This document shows positions 1 through 12,103 of a stretch of 64,000 nt of DNA, one piece after another. The position numbers were made by a program, and so were the translations under genes. The stretch comes from Bigelowiella natans CCMP2755. Its lineage: Eukaryota > Protista > Cercozoa. The stretch is from NCBI GenBank assembly GCA_000320545.1, contig ADNK01000313.1:124001-188000 (forward strand). Reading direction: 5' to 3'. Every line of letters starts with the position of its first letter. Within the stretch, counting starts at the first letter, position 1. A model generated the notes under the pieces. That model did no database searches and had not been told where the DNA came from. It was given only the letters and a program-made list of their open reading frames with translations.

Positions 1-67
1 GCTGGAGTCATGCTTGTAGCTACTGTGCGCGTGAGATGAGCTTGCTGTTGATTGCCGCATCATCCTA

Positions 68-292
68 CTATGCTCCCTGTCCAACTACGAACCCAAACTT
101 CTCTATTATCTTAAGCAACTGTCGTTTCCGGTCGAGTATCTATCTCTGTGTATGGAGAATAGTGTTTGAGTGCTAATAGTCTTAAGATTTACGACGAGAA
201 CATTCAAAGAACTCTCCCAGTCTACAAGATCTACTATTGACTGTATGTAGAGAGCAACTACAACATATGGTTATGTTGGTCCCAAAAACCGG

Positions 293-356
<64 letters not shown>

Positions 357-1140
357 TCACAACATCCATGCTAATCCAATTAATTCCCTCGGGAGATGGA
401 TCAGTCAAAGTATAGTTTCTTTTTCATCGCAAAACAGCACACGTATTCTCAATCATTAAAATTCCCAAATATATTTCTCACATACATGTATTACGGTGGT
501 CTGGACTAATATGCACCTCTACATAAATAATCTCTGAATTGTTTTTTTGATCATTCGTGCAGGAAGTAATCATTTTCCATCAGTTTTAGCTCATTTCAAA
601 AATGGAAAACAATTGAATCTTACATATAATAAGTCCCCCTTCATCTGAAGAGGACACTTTCACAAATGGGGGCAAGGGAAGTTTGAAAGCCCATGCTTTA
701 CTCCCTCACAACTCATTACCTGCTCGTACTTAATTTTGTTCAGATCACGCATCGCGACTGTATCATAAACTTGGTTGATATTTCCCGATAAATACACATT
801 TATTTATTGTCGTATATATATCTATGTCCTATATTCAGCTATATATCCTCATCCGAGAAGAATCTCTGGGACCCCAACTCTCTGATTATTTATCTCAGAA
901 TAGCAACCTAAAAAGGAAAGGATTTCGCTCGGAAAAAATGTCTGATTTCAAGGCTAGATCTAGATCTACGTCATGCTCAAAAAGTTCAAAACGCAGATGA
1001 AACTCGAAACAATCTCTCAGGGTTTCCGTTGCCAACTGGATTTTTCGAACTTCGGCGAGATTGCTTTCAATTGTCATGTGTTCGATGTAAAACCACTTCA
1101 CGACGGTGATCCCCTGCAGCCCCGGTACAAATATGTTCAT
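68..1140 (-). CDS. Possible small multi-exon gene of unknown function, divergent from RPS15
   Basis: ORF 895-1140(-) plus short open segments flanked by GT/AG, e.g. VYDTVAMRDLNKIKYEQ|gtaatg near 721-775 and a candidate last exon ILDRKRQLLKIIEKFGFVVGQGA* with TAG at 68-70. No recognisable domain, and I could not phase all exons. Confidence 0.25.
297..356. repeat. Compound microsatellite (TA)25(CA)5
   Basis: Read directly from the sequence. Confidence 0.9.
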
Positions 1141-1464
1141 ATGACAGAATATGAAGAGAGACAGTTATGTTTTCATGACGAGGGTGTAAAATAGGACAAT
1201 TCTCAACATTTATTTTATTATTAAAAAATATGACTTTTAAACATGTAAACGACAATAAAATAATAAGGAGAATTTTCAAATATCCGCACTAAGTCTATAA
1301 AAATAATTCGGGCTTCGGCGATTTTGGTCTCAGACTCTATTCACCGACGCAAGGTTCCCCCACCGCAATGGCGTCTCTGCCCTTGACAAACTCTGTCAAA
1401 CTTTCCTCGAATTGTGATCAATCAGTTGACACAGAGCCCGTATTTATTATATTATTTAGGAATC

Positions 1465-2148
1465 ATGTCGGAGGGAAAGAAGCGCGTGTTCAGAAGATTC
1501 TTCTACCGTGGATACGAAGTGGAGAAGCTCCTGGACCTCCAAAATGAAGAGTTCATTGCACTCTTGCACTCGCGTGCTCGTCGCCGCTTCTCCAGATTTG
1601 GCGTCAAGACAAAGCTTGTAAACAAGATTAAAAACGCTATCAAAAAGTCTGAGCCTGGGAAGAAGCCAGAAATCATTAAAACCCACCTTCGTAACATGAT
1701 TATCGTCCCTACCATGGTCGGTGGTCTCCTTGGTGTTTACAACGGAAAGGGTTACATTCTTGTAGAAGTAAAGGTAACAACCACCTATATTTATGTCTGA
1801 TGAGAACGGAAAGCAAAATATATTAAGAGAAGTTTGTCTGGGGGGTTGGGGTTTAGAAGTTAATAAGTAGTACTGGGAGCGTGCGTGACTGTGCGATTTC
1901 GAGATTTCCCGGTTTGTAGCGAGATTATAAACGTAGATATCATTTCTCTTATGAAACCATTTTTATCTTGGTTGCACTCACAGTTTTTTAAAAATTTTTG
2001 GTATCCTGAGTGAAGAACAACTGTCGTATTTCCTTAGCCTGACATGATTGGACACTACCTTGGAGAGTTCGCCCTTACATACAACCCTGTCAAGCATGGA
2101 CGCCCTGGTGCTGGAACTGGACCAGTTTCCCGATTCCTTCCTACGTAA
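1465..2148 (+). CDS. RPS15: 40S ribosomal protein S15 (uS19); exons 1465-1773 and 2038-2148, 139 aa
   Basis: Motifs [34 protein letters not shown], then after a phase-0 GT-AG intron [25 protein letters not shown] tttag just before the ATG suggests a 5'UTR intron. Confidence 0.97.
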
Positions 2149-3936
2149 ATAATTTTCATCGAACGATTGAAAGTTTGCGTGAGTAGGTGGATCTTAGGTT
2201 GCACATGCACAGTCCATAATTATGTGGTTATCACTTATGCCATGTAATCGAATTATCTCAGCAAGAAATCTACAAAATTCACTTTTCGTTTGTGCTCTAT
2301 GATATCAAATTTGCTGCTTTGGTGTGGTGTGCGAATCGAAAATTGCACGACGGAAGTACACCGTAGCATTTGTTGTTCGTAGCCGGAAAAACGATCACAC
2401 GAATGCCATGCGCCATGCATGCACGCACGCGCGAGGGTCGCAGTCCGACGGCATGCAAATAATCTAGTAATCTAGACACAGCTAGACGATCGCCATGATT
2501 ATGATCCCTAGCCTAGCTAGATCAATCTGCTCGTCGTGATCGAGTGAGCGATGTAGCTTCATCATGCAATCCTAGCCTACGTACAATCCCGCAGCCGCAT
2601 TTTTAGCTAGCTAGCTAGCTACATAGAATGCAAGACGGATGCAATGAATTGAATTAATTTTTTTTAATGGCCATATCATCGCATGAAGCTAGCTGATGCT
2701 ATGTGCCTCGATTATGCATGCATGTGAATTCGTATAATTCGTTCAGCTAGTCAGTGCAAGCGTACTAGCGTAGCTAGCTAGCTAGCAGTACGTGCGGCGC
2801 GGGCATCGCACGGATTGAAAAAATGACAAGCATGTAGTGTTTCTTGCCTAGCTTGTGCCGCCATCCATATAGCCGTACGTGGTCACATGGTCTTTCGATC
2901 ACATCTTCTAACCATCTCGAGCACATGCACGTACGTACGACGAGCTGCAAGCCGGAGCCATGCTAGCATGCTAGCATGCGTCTGCAACACATGATGACGA
3001 TCGAGCTGCCACAGCTACGTGCATTGTCGTAGTTGGCTAGTTGGGATAACGCTGCACTACGCTCTTGGAATAAAATAAATGGGAAATCATTTCATCATCA
3101 TTGCGCATCCGTCTTGCTAGCTTGTCTTGTGTAGGGACTTAATGTAAAAGTCCACATGCGTGCAGCTAGCATATAAGCACATGTTTAGATGTCTAGATGT
3201 GTCCGCTAGATGTGCATCGCATGCGCTAGTAGTGCGTGTCTATATCAGTGCGTGCTAGCGCGTGTCGTCGGAGCGAGCCGTGCTAGCATATGCGTGTCGG
3301 CCAATCTAGCAATGCACAACAATGAAGTAAATGAGGTGCTGTGGTTTGCTAGTACATGTATGTACGTAGCTAGCGGCTAGGTGGCCTAGCTAGCAGAACT
3401 TGTAGCAGCAGCTGCACATGCCGCTAAAGCACTTGAGTCCATTATTGTATAGTCTTATAGTCTCGCATACGTACATACACACGCAGGTACATGTGTATTA
3501 GACGACTTTACTACATTTATATGTACATTCAATATATGATACATTTCTCTCGTGTATGTGCGTGTGTGTGATACAGGATGTTCTCGAACATATCCTCGAT
3601 GACCAGCATGGATATACATGCCTCGATTCCATGGGATGGTACGGCCGTGATTGCAATTGGCCATGATTTCTGCTTTATAAACATTATGGGCGATTACTCA
3701 CCGATCAGGTGAGTCAGCACAGAATTCTGAAAGCAAGTTCCTCGGTGCAGCTCCTATTATAGAAATTAGAGTATTATTACATGCTGTTCCGTCGCTTGGT
3801 AATCTCAGACGTTCAATTCTGCTCTTTTCTAAAACGAAAGCTGGGAAAGTAGATTGCACTCACGGATACATGTATGCACTTTAACGTGTATACATTTAAG
3901 ATTTTTTTTAGCATTAGCTCTATTTTCCCCCCCCCC

Positions 3937-3984
<48 letters not shown>

Positions 3985-4027
3985 GTGGATGTGCAGGTGT
4001 GCTTCCGTTTGCTCGAAGATCATGATC

Positions 4028-7000
4028 TCATCCATTACCAGTATCGGATAAAACTTCCTCCTCCTCCAACTCTGTTACTATGGTTTTGCGGACGCCATGG
4101 CCAGGACCTTCGTGCCCCTCTGCTACCTCCCTTCCTGGCCCCACCGGCTCAGGATCATAGCCTCTTTCTTCGCTAATTTTCGCTTCCAGGTCCTTTCGAT
4201 GATTGTTTGCCGTGTTTAAGGGCAATGCTGTTGTAGTTGCAGCTGGAAATGGCGGCTTGCCCTTCCTTCCTTCGATGGTGCTTCTTTCTCGTAGAGGAGA
4301 CAGAATCATTGAATCTGTTGAGGACCGAGCCGGCAAGGATAGGCGGCGAGGAGACGGAAAAGATAACGACATCGAGGAGGCTGCGGAATCGTCATCGAGT
4401 CGCGTTATAGCCTTTATTGCGGGTAAGCTCACGTCACTCTGCAGCGACAGCATCAAGAGAAAGAATTGGGTTAAAACAACGAACCTAGATGCCCTACATA
4501 ACCACTGTTATCTTAACGAAACCCCCTGTCTTACAAAAGTGCGGGAAGGGAAGAAGGCGGTGCCGATGTACATGAGCTTACCCTTACAGGACATTCCTTC
4601 GTCATAGCGATTGCGTCATCAAGAGACTTGCCCCCTGCCCCTTGGTTGGCAAGCTGGTCAGCTGTGGGTCGGGATTCCGGCCGCCGCTGCATGCACTTTC
4701 GTACTAGTGCTTTCACTTCGTTGGAGTGCCGTACGTCTTCAAGACAAGCGATCTCGTTGTTACGGAGTCTGTGCCACTCGACTCCATTAGGCGGGAGTCG
4801 CACATCCGCAACCATTTCGAGCAGGATCACCTGGATGAAGATATGAAAGTGTTGGTCGATGGTTGGTTTGATGGTTCTCCAGTTTTGCTCCTCTCTCCCC
4901 TCACGTTTAGAGGCAGAGGGGGGGGGAGGCAAATACTACGTTGAAATGCCCCCAGGACGATATTACCAATAGCACAGAACTAGCTACTATGCTAAGCAGT
5001 GTGAATGTCGAGGCTACTGCCAGTACCGACAACGACGACAAAGCAGCAGCAAGCGATGAAGAGGTTGACGTAGAGTCGCTCTTCGGTGATCACGATGTAT
5101 ATTGGGACTCCTCTCTTATCTCTAACTCATCCCTTTCTCTCTCTACAACGCATCTGTGCATGGGCATGCGCATGTGCGCGTGTGTTCATATATCACTAAA
5201 CACACATCATATGAATATGTTCTAGTTCATTACCCCCAAGGAGAAGATATCGGCGGGAAGGGAAGGGCGTTGCACACCACTTGCCCCCTGCTCCGCTCCT
5301 TTCCCTCCTTCCAGCAGCGTTCTATCCAAAGCCTCCGGAGCGAGATATACAGGGTCTCCATCCCTCTCTAACCGATTACGTTGTCGGCGAGTTTGTTGCC
5401 CAGTACTCTCCTTCCGGAACGAGGGAGGAGGGGGGGGCGGGTAGAAACCATGAACGAGAAAGTGAGAACAATGTTACCTCTGTGGAATAATACCAACACA
5501 ACTACAAACGCACTGGCCCGAACCCCTACCACCTCACCAACCTTCATTGCGATTCCGAAGTCGCCTATCTTCAACTTGCCGTTCGCAGCGATAAACATAT
5601 TTGCTGACAGGGGAGGAGGAGGAGGAGGAGGAAGAAGAAGAAGAAGAAGAAGAAGAAGAAAAAGAAGAAAAAGAAAGAGGTGATAAGGTGTCGTGCGATT
5701 TGTCTTATAAGTCCAACCAGATATTATTTCTAGATGCTCTCCCCCTCCCACCACCGCCCTACCCCCACCACCGCTGTTACTTTGCTGCTATTGCCACTGC
5801 TTAGCTAGGAGGGAAGGGAGATGGTGGGGATTGATAAGGCCAGTTCCACAAAACACCTCCTAGACTATCAGCAATGGAATTTGATTACTTTTCTTCTCTC
5901 TCTCCTCCGTCTACTACTACTACTACTACTACTACTACTGCTACTACTCATTACTACTACTACTGCTACTACAGTAGTAATTTCAGGACTACTCTATCAT
6001 CTTCGCTTCGCTTATTACCTGGCTTCAAGTCGAGGTGGATTATACCCTTTTGGTGGATGTGACTCACACCAAGCACCATGTCGCTCATGAACGCCCATAT
6101 TGTCGGCTCTTTTAGCTCCCTTTCCAGCAGTAACTCCTCCAGTGTTCCTCTGTCGCACATCTCCATAAGGATGCACAAGTACCCTTGGTGCTCCCACGAT
6201 TTGAAGTAGCGTACGCAAAACGGCGACCCGGTCATCGCCGCCAGCGCACGCAATTCACCTAAGACCTCTTTCCTCTCCTTGTCGCTCCGAATCGGACGCC
6301 GACTTCTCTTCACCGCAAACGACGCCATCTCACCCCCCACTTCCTCGCCACCGTCACCCTTGGTCCTCACGGAAGAACGACGGACCTGATGATGGGGTGT
6401 AAACGTTTGAGCGCTCACTCTCGATGATGACTTGATTTGATTTAATAACGACGAAGGCGGGCAAAATCCATGGATTTTACTTCAAATATCAGTCAGGATG
6501 GAAAATATTTATATTGTATCTCTCACTCTCACTCTTATTCTACAGAGCGGCAGCAGCCACCACCACCACCACCACCACCTTATAAACATCCCCGTAGCTT
6601 CCGCTGCCTATTCTCCCCAAAACTTCATACTCAGCGCTTCCCATTAGTTCCTGGGAAAGGTTATTAAGCGATTTCAGTGGTAGTCGTAGGAGGTTTCAAT
6701 GGTAGCAGCAGCAGTAGTGGTGGTAGTATGAATAAAAGTAGTGTTCTGATAATAGAAGAACGTGAAATGAGCTCAGTTTGGCTAATCTCGTTGTGCATGT
6801 AAACGATGATGGCAAAGCGCCTGGTCGAGCAGTGTGATGTGGTGGTGTTTACCATCGAGAGTCTGCGAGAGCGCGGAATTTTGGTTGAAATTGCAGGACA
6901 TGTGCTGGGCGGCTTACGAAAACGCTTCCATAGGATGCCATCTTCAAATACCCGCGATGTAGAGAACGTTTTTGCGGCTTTTGCAGGCGTCACGGGAGTG

Positions 7001-7615
7001 AACCTCGACGTCGAACTGGAAGATCTAGATTGATTGTGTGAATTGAAATGAATATAAGCGCCGATATCAAACACGTATTGGCAAGTTGCGTACCTGAAAG
7101 AGCTATTATTTAATCTTTTTTTCTTCTCAATTGATGGTGCTATTGCGTTTATGTCGGGGGATATTATAGGTGGGGTATAGGCCCGGTTGACTGTCCTCTT
7201 GTCGTTCATCTTGCACGCATACTGCGGCGATCGAGCGATTTCAGTGAAAGAAGAACTAAATATGAAAAATAAGGGCGGGGAACACTTCATTCTTGATGTG
7301 ACAATTTTTGTGTGATGTAATCATATGTGATGGCCGCTGCTGCCCAGCTCTTGCTTTATCTCACCAGAATTTAGAAGGCTTGCTTTCCACTCTTCGACCG
7401 AACTTATTCAAGTTTATCAGGGGTTTTGGCCTTCGCTTTCCACCAGTTGGGAGATGATTGGCCCCGTTTGCCGGTGCTTTCGACTTCAGAGCTGGTGGTG
7501 GCCTTCTCGAAGACGAAGAAGCCTTTGATGAGCTCGAAGAGGCTAAAGAGGCGGAAGATGACAGCGCATTACCAGAGGGCGGCCTCCCTCCGGAGGCATC
7601 TCCTTCTGCACCCAT
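4028..7615 (-). CDS. WEE1: Wee1/Myt1-family CDK-inhibitory kinase, multi-exon
   Basis: Assembled exons give GRIGSGSYGDVYK, FAVKRS, VRYFKSWE, IIHLDLKP, LKIGDFG, DGDPVYLAPE, ADIFSLG and LPPNGVEWHRLR. HLDLKP, (E/D)GD..YLAPE and LP.NG..W..LR are Wee1/Myt1 hallmarks. Termini are approximate and Wee1 versus Myt1 is not resolved. Confidence 0.88.
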
Positions 7616-7985
7616 TTACCGGGCGGGCGCGAGGCTGCCTTCCAAAAATGAAGAATGGATCCCTCGTGGCTTGTCGCGCCGAAAAATATTTCGCCAAATG
7701 TTGGGTCTCGATTGTTGCGGATGTTGTTGCGGGTTCTACCCTTGGCTGCTTCTCAGACCAAAGGAGGGACGGAGTTCGACCGACTGACGATGACTACTTC
7801 CTCATTTTGCACTGTCAACGTTTGGTCAAGAATATGTGCTAGCCTTTTCCTAGCACGACCACATGATTCGTAGATCGTTTGCTGGCTGCTGATGAAGAGT
7901 CGTAAAACTAACCACTTGTTCTTCTCCTGACATTTACCAGTAGGAAAGCTAGCCAACAAAAAAGAATGGGAGGGGAACTGCTGAC
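7616..7985. promoter_or_regulatory. Short divergent (probably bidirectional) promoter between the kinase and MYB genes
   Basis: Inferred from head-to-head candidate start codons about 370 bp apart; no element identified. Confidence 0.4.
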
Positions 7986-8822
7986 ATGCGACAACCTATT
8001 TTTGGGATGGTTGTAAGTTGGTCACGACGAGTGACACACGGTCTAGATAGGATATTTTCCGTTATAAAAAGTGTCCAAAGAAAGCTTGGGGAAGAGAGCG
8101 GGACGAGAGCTCCAGCCTCAAAACCCTACCGATCACCAGTGATGAGGAGAAAGTGGACTGATCAAGAGGTATGGTGTTCGGCGCGCCCCCTCTCGCCTTC
8201 ATCGCTGCTTCGCACGCTCTCTCATACCTGTTGCTGATTGATTTCTTATTTCGTGCGCGATACGTGACAACAAGTGACAAGAGAGGAATGGAGGCGTCAC
8301 TCCATAAAAACATCCGAACTAATCCCAATTTTACTTAGGATCGAAAGCTGATCAAGGCTGTCTCCCAAACGGCGTGAAGAAGTTCGCGAAGGTAGACATG
8401 GCGTATGGAGAGCAATTTCCAAGGAGACATTCGGCACAGACACAATGCGGAATAAATGCTTTTATCACTGGCGGGAAGTTCTGGAGCCAAAACTTCCAAA
8501 GCATCAGCAGGTTTCCAAGTCTCGCACGAAGAGGGCGTCCGCGGCGGGGCCATCAAGACAGAAGCGTTCTGCTGTGAAGATAAGGAAGGTTCTGCTCCAA
8601 GATTTTATGGTGAAAGCTCTCGATATATTATATGACCTAATTATCAGATCGGTCAGATAGGGCGGGCTTTGAAGAATAAGCGCGAGTTGGACTATTGGAG
8701 ACCAAGGGAGGTGAGGGCTGCCCACTTCGTGCAAGTTCCCCTCTTTTTCGGTGTTGATCTTGTCCGAACCAATGGGCAAAATAGAGCACATGCTCCCATC
8801 CATGATCCTTCCCATGTTGTTG

Positions 8823-8853
<31 letters not shown>

Positions 8854-11801
8854 ACAGGACACGTTGCTGGAAACGCTGGTGAAAAAACACAGTGCGCACT
8901 GGAGCTTGATCGCTGGGAAGATGCATAGAAGATCAGCAGCCGGTTGTAAACGTCGCTGGGAACAGGTTCTAAACGTACAGGTGAAGAAGGGCAGATTTAC
9001 AGAAGAGGTGCGTAACAGTTGGATTTGATGAAAAATTCGTGGTTGCCTAACTCGTAGCGATGAGGATAAGGGAAAGGAAGGAAAATTAAAGAGATTTGTT
9101 GGGATTCTCTCTCCTGCTCGTAATTGACCTGTTGGCGACGGGGACAAATTAGCTCTGTCTGTATGTGTAACCCAGGAGGATAAGAAGATTTGCAAGCACG
9201 TGCAGGAAAACGGGGCAACAAACTGGGGCCTTCTGAGCTTTTCGATGCCACAACGAACATCCGTACAATGCCGTACGCGGTATCAAAGAACAGAAGATAT
9301 ATGATAAACGGACAGGGAAAAGAGAGAGGAGGGAGCGAGAACGGGAGCTTCTTTGTCAGCATTTTATATGAGTGCTCCCCCCCCCCCCCCCCCTAATCAT
9401 TCTCACAGGTGGTTCGAAGGGCTTGACCCCCGGTTGAAGAAATCTCCCTGGTCATCTCAAGAGGACAGATTGATTTGCAAGTACCACGGCATCCTGGGAC
9501 CTAGATGGTCGTGCATAGCCGAGCACGTGAAAGGGAGGACGGCCAAGGCTATTCGAGAGCACTTCATGCAGAGCTTACAGCAACGAGGGGGGACGAGGAA
9601 AAAAAGAAAAAGGAGAAGGGGAAGGATCAGCATCGCGGCGCCTATGAAGGGTGGCGGCAGCAAAGAGGAATGTGTGGATGGAGGGGCAGACCTTAAAGCC
9701 CACGAAACAGGTGTTCGTAGCACCGACAACGCTAGCATCAGATCGCCATCACCGGCAACAAAGAGAAGAAAGAAGATCAGCCAAGCTATGAAGGGAAAGA
9801 GCAAGCAAAGCAAAGAGGACGAGAAGACGGAAAAGATGAAAAAGAAGATTGAGTCGACGGAAACTGCAGCAACCGCCATGGAGATTGCGAACCAGGACGA
9901 TAGCAAGAAGATCAAGCAGAAGAGGAGGGGGAAAAGGAGTCAGGGTGGTGATGGTAATGAAGATAACGGAGGTGGCGACGATCAAATCAGAGACAAACGT
10001 AAAAACGACATGAGGATCACGGAGGATGATGATAAATCCAGTGCTGGAAAAGTACAGACGGATAAGAAGGCAACGAGGACCACTATGATGACCAGAGAGA
10101 AGAGAAGAGCTGCAGAGCAGGATGATGATGATGATGATGATGGGGCGGTGGGAAAGAGGAGGGCAAGGGGGAGAAGGAACAGAGAATCGAAGCAATCGTT
10201 AGATACTTCCGCCACCGTCACAAGCACTACCAGTACTGCTGCGACGACGAAGAATAAGAAGAACAAGAATAAGAATAGGAGGGTGAAGAAGATACTCAAC
10301 CGTAAACCTCAGAGGTTGTTTGAAGACGATAAGGAGGAGAAGGGGGAGGGGGGGGAAGGTGATGATGCAGCCTCCTTTGCAGGTTGCTCGAGGACGAAAG
10401 AAGATAAGGAAGACCCCCCCAAAGGTAAAGAAGAGAGAGGTCAAGAGAAGAAGGTGGTGGGGGGCAGTAAAGTGGCACAAAGCAACAAGCGGAGGCAGGG
10501 CAGCACTGCTAAGAGAAATAGAGGCGTGAAAAAGAGGGAGGTGGCCAAGGGCGATAAGGAAGAAAAACAGGGAAGGAGAGGAAGAGGAGGGCGCCGACCT
10601 AGGCGAAAAAGACGCGGAACAAGATCGGTAACTGCTGCTGGTGAGGCAAAAGGAAGCGCCTCCAACGAGGGAGTGGACGTAACACTGGTGAGTGAGAACA
10701 GAGCTGCTATGAACACCACGAATAACAGGAGAAAGCAAAAGAATGAGCAGATAGTAGTCGCAATAGCTACAGGAGGAGCGGGAGGAAGACTGAGTCGGCC
10801 ACGGACGAGGACAACGAGAATGATGATAAAGAGAGAGAGAGAGAAAAACAATACTACCACCACCAATAGCAGTAGTAGCAGCAGCATGGAGAGAGGAGAG
10901 GAGGGAACATTGAAGGAGGAAAAGAAGGAGGAGGATGAGGAGGAGGAGGAGGAGGAGGATAAGTGCGCGAGAAGAATGAAGACGAGGAGAGCGACTCAAG
11001 AAGAACAAGGTAGAGAGGCATTTATTGATGGTGACGGAAACAATAGCTGCGACAGCAGCAGCCGCCCTAGGAACAACGAGGGTGTTTCTAATGTCCAAGG
11101 CAAATGCGGGAAACAAGGGCAAGGAAGGCCAGGAGGGAGAGGTGAGGATGCAAGAGCAAAGGGAGAGATTGCTGGAGAAAGCAGCAAGGTCAATAGCAGT
11201 GCCATCATCAAGAGTTGTACCCTCCGAAAACGGCCAGTGAGGAGGCTGAAGGAGTCAAAGAAAAGCACAAACAAGAATGAGGGGGGGGAGGAGGAGGAGG
11301 AAGCAGAGGAGGAAGAAAAAGGTAAAAATCTGTGTTTCCCTAAGTAGAGCTTACATATTTGTCGTAGCAGCGATGATGCAGAGGGAGTAGGAGGGGAGGG
11401 AGGGCATAGTGCGCAAATGTCGCCAAGACCAAACCCCCTGCGAAGATGCCATTAATGCGGTTTCGTCGTCGTATATCACATGTAAATTGTCAGGCGCTGT
11501 CGATGAGGAAAAGGACACCTGCATAGCCTTGGCCGTCAACGACCAAAATCTCAGCCTAGAGAACCGCCTACGTGACGGAATCGGCGTGAGGATGTGGGGC
11601 CGCATATGGCCGGTCCTTGGGAAGAACTGGGTGCAGATGGATATCATAGCCTCGTGCGATGAACTAGACTTCAAGGAGATGGGAATATCGAAAGGGGACC
11701 GAATGGGCATCTTGAAGGTGGTCAGGAGGATGCAGGAAGAGGGGTTGCTTCCCTACGACGACGACGATCAAGATATCAGCTGCGAAACGAAATTAGCTTA
11801 G
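7986..11801 (+). CDS. Multi-repeat (4R) MYB transcription factor with a long basic low-complexity tail and a probable C-terminal SAM domain; apparent 1-bp frameshift at ~8365
   Basis: Repeats: KWTDQE|DRKLIKAV..WRAIS..CFYHWREVLEP; YWRPRE|DTLL..HWSLIA..CKRRWEQVLN; GRFTEE|EDKKI..NWG..RTSVQCRTR|WFEGLDP; SPWSSQEDRLI..RWSCIA..GRTAKAIREHF. Last exon ELDFKEMGISKGDRMGILK is SAM-like and can be joined by phase-1 intron 11322-11409. Start codon uncertain. Confidence 0.85.
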
Positions 11802-12007
11802 GGTTTGTGCTGCTCATAGTGCTGTTGTGCTTGATATTTGCAATTGATGGCTTCTGCCTCTCAAAAAACAAAGCCACTTGAAAAAGGAAGTATGCAATGT
11901 GAAAGTGTGTTGTTTTGTTAGCGTATGTGGCTATAGAGTGATTCCATGTCTACCTGGTGGTTTCTCTATAAGTGATGAAGGTAGAAGTGGTCACATTGTG
12001 TAGCTAT

Positions 12008-12103
12008 GCAGCTTATTGCCAGCAGAAGCAGCTTATTGCCAGCAGAAGCAGCTTATTGCCAGCAGAAGCAGCTTATTGCCAGCAGAAGCAGCTTATTGCC
12101 AGC
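12008..12103. repeat. Minisatellite, 4.8 perfect copies of 20-bp GCAGCTTATTGCCAGCAGAA
   Basis: Read directly from the sequence. Confidence 0.97.

Noticed and set aside
1797-2009. Box C/D snoRNA or hammerhead ribozyme in the RPS15 intron (CTGATGA...GAAA, later CTGA)
   Set aside because: No stem II or flanking helices for a hammerhead; box C is imperfect, the span is ~210 nt, and I see no terminal stem or recognisable rRNA guide.
6575-6600. Suspected frameshift in the Wee1 glycine-rich loop
   Set aside because: Recounting gives four G on the - strand, so it reads GSYGDVYK in frame.
9457-11274. Long - strand hydrophobic ORFs opposite the MYB tail
   Set aside because: Antisense shadows of purine-rich low-complexity coding sequence.
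12008-12103. CRISPR-like array
   Set aside because: Head-to-tail tandem units without spacers, in a eukaryotic context.
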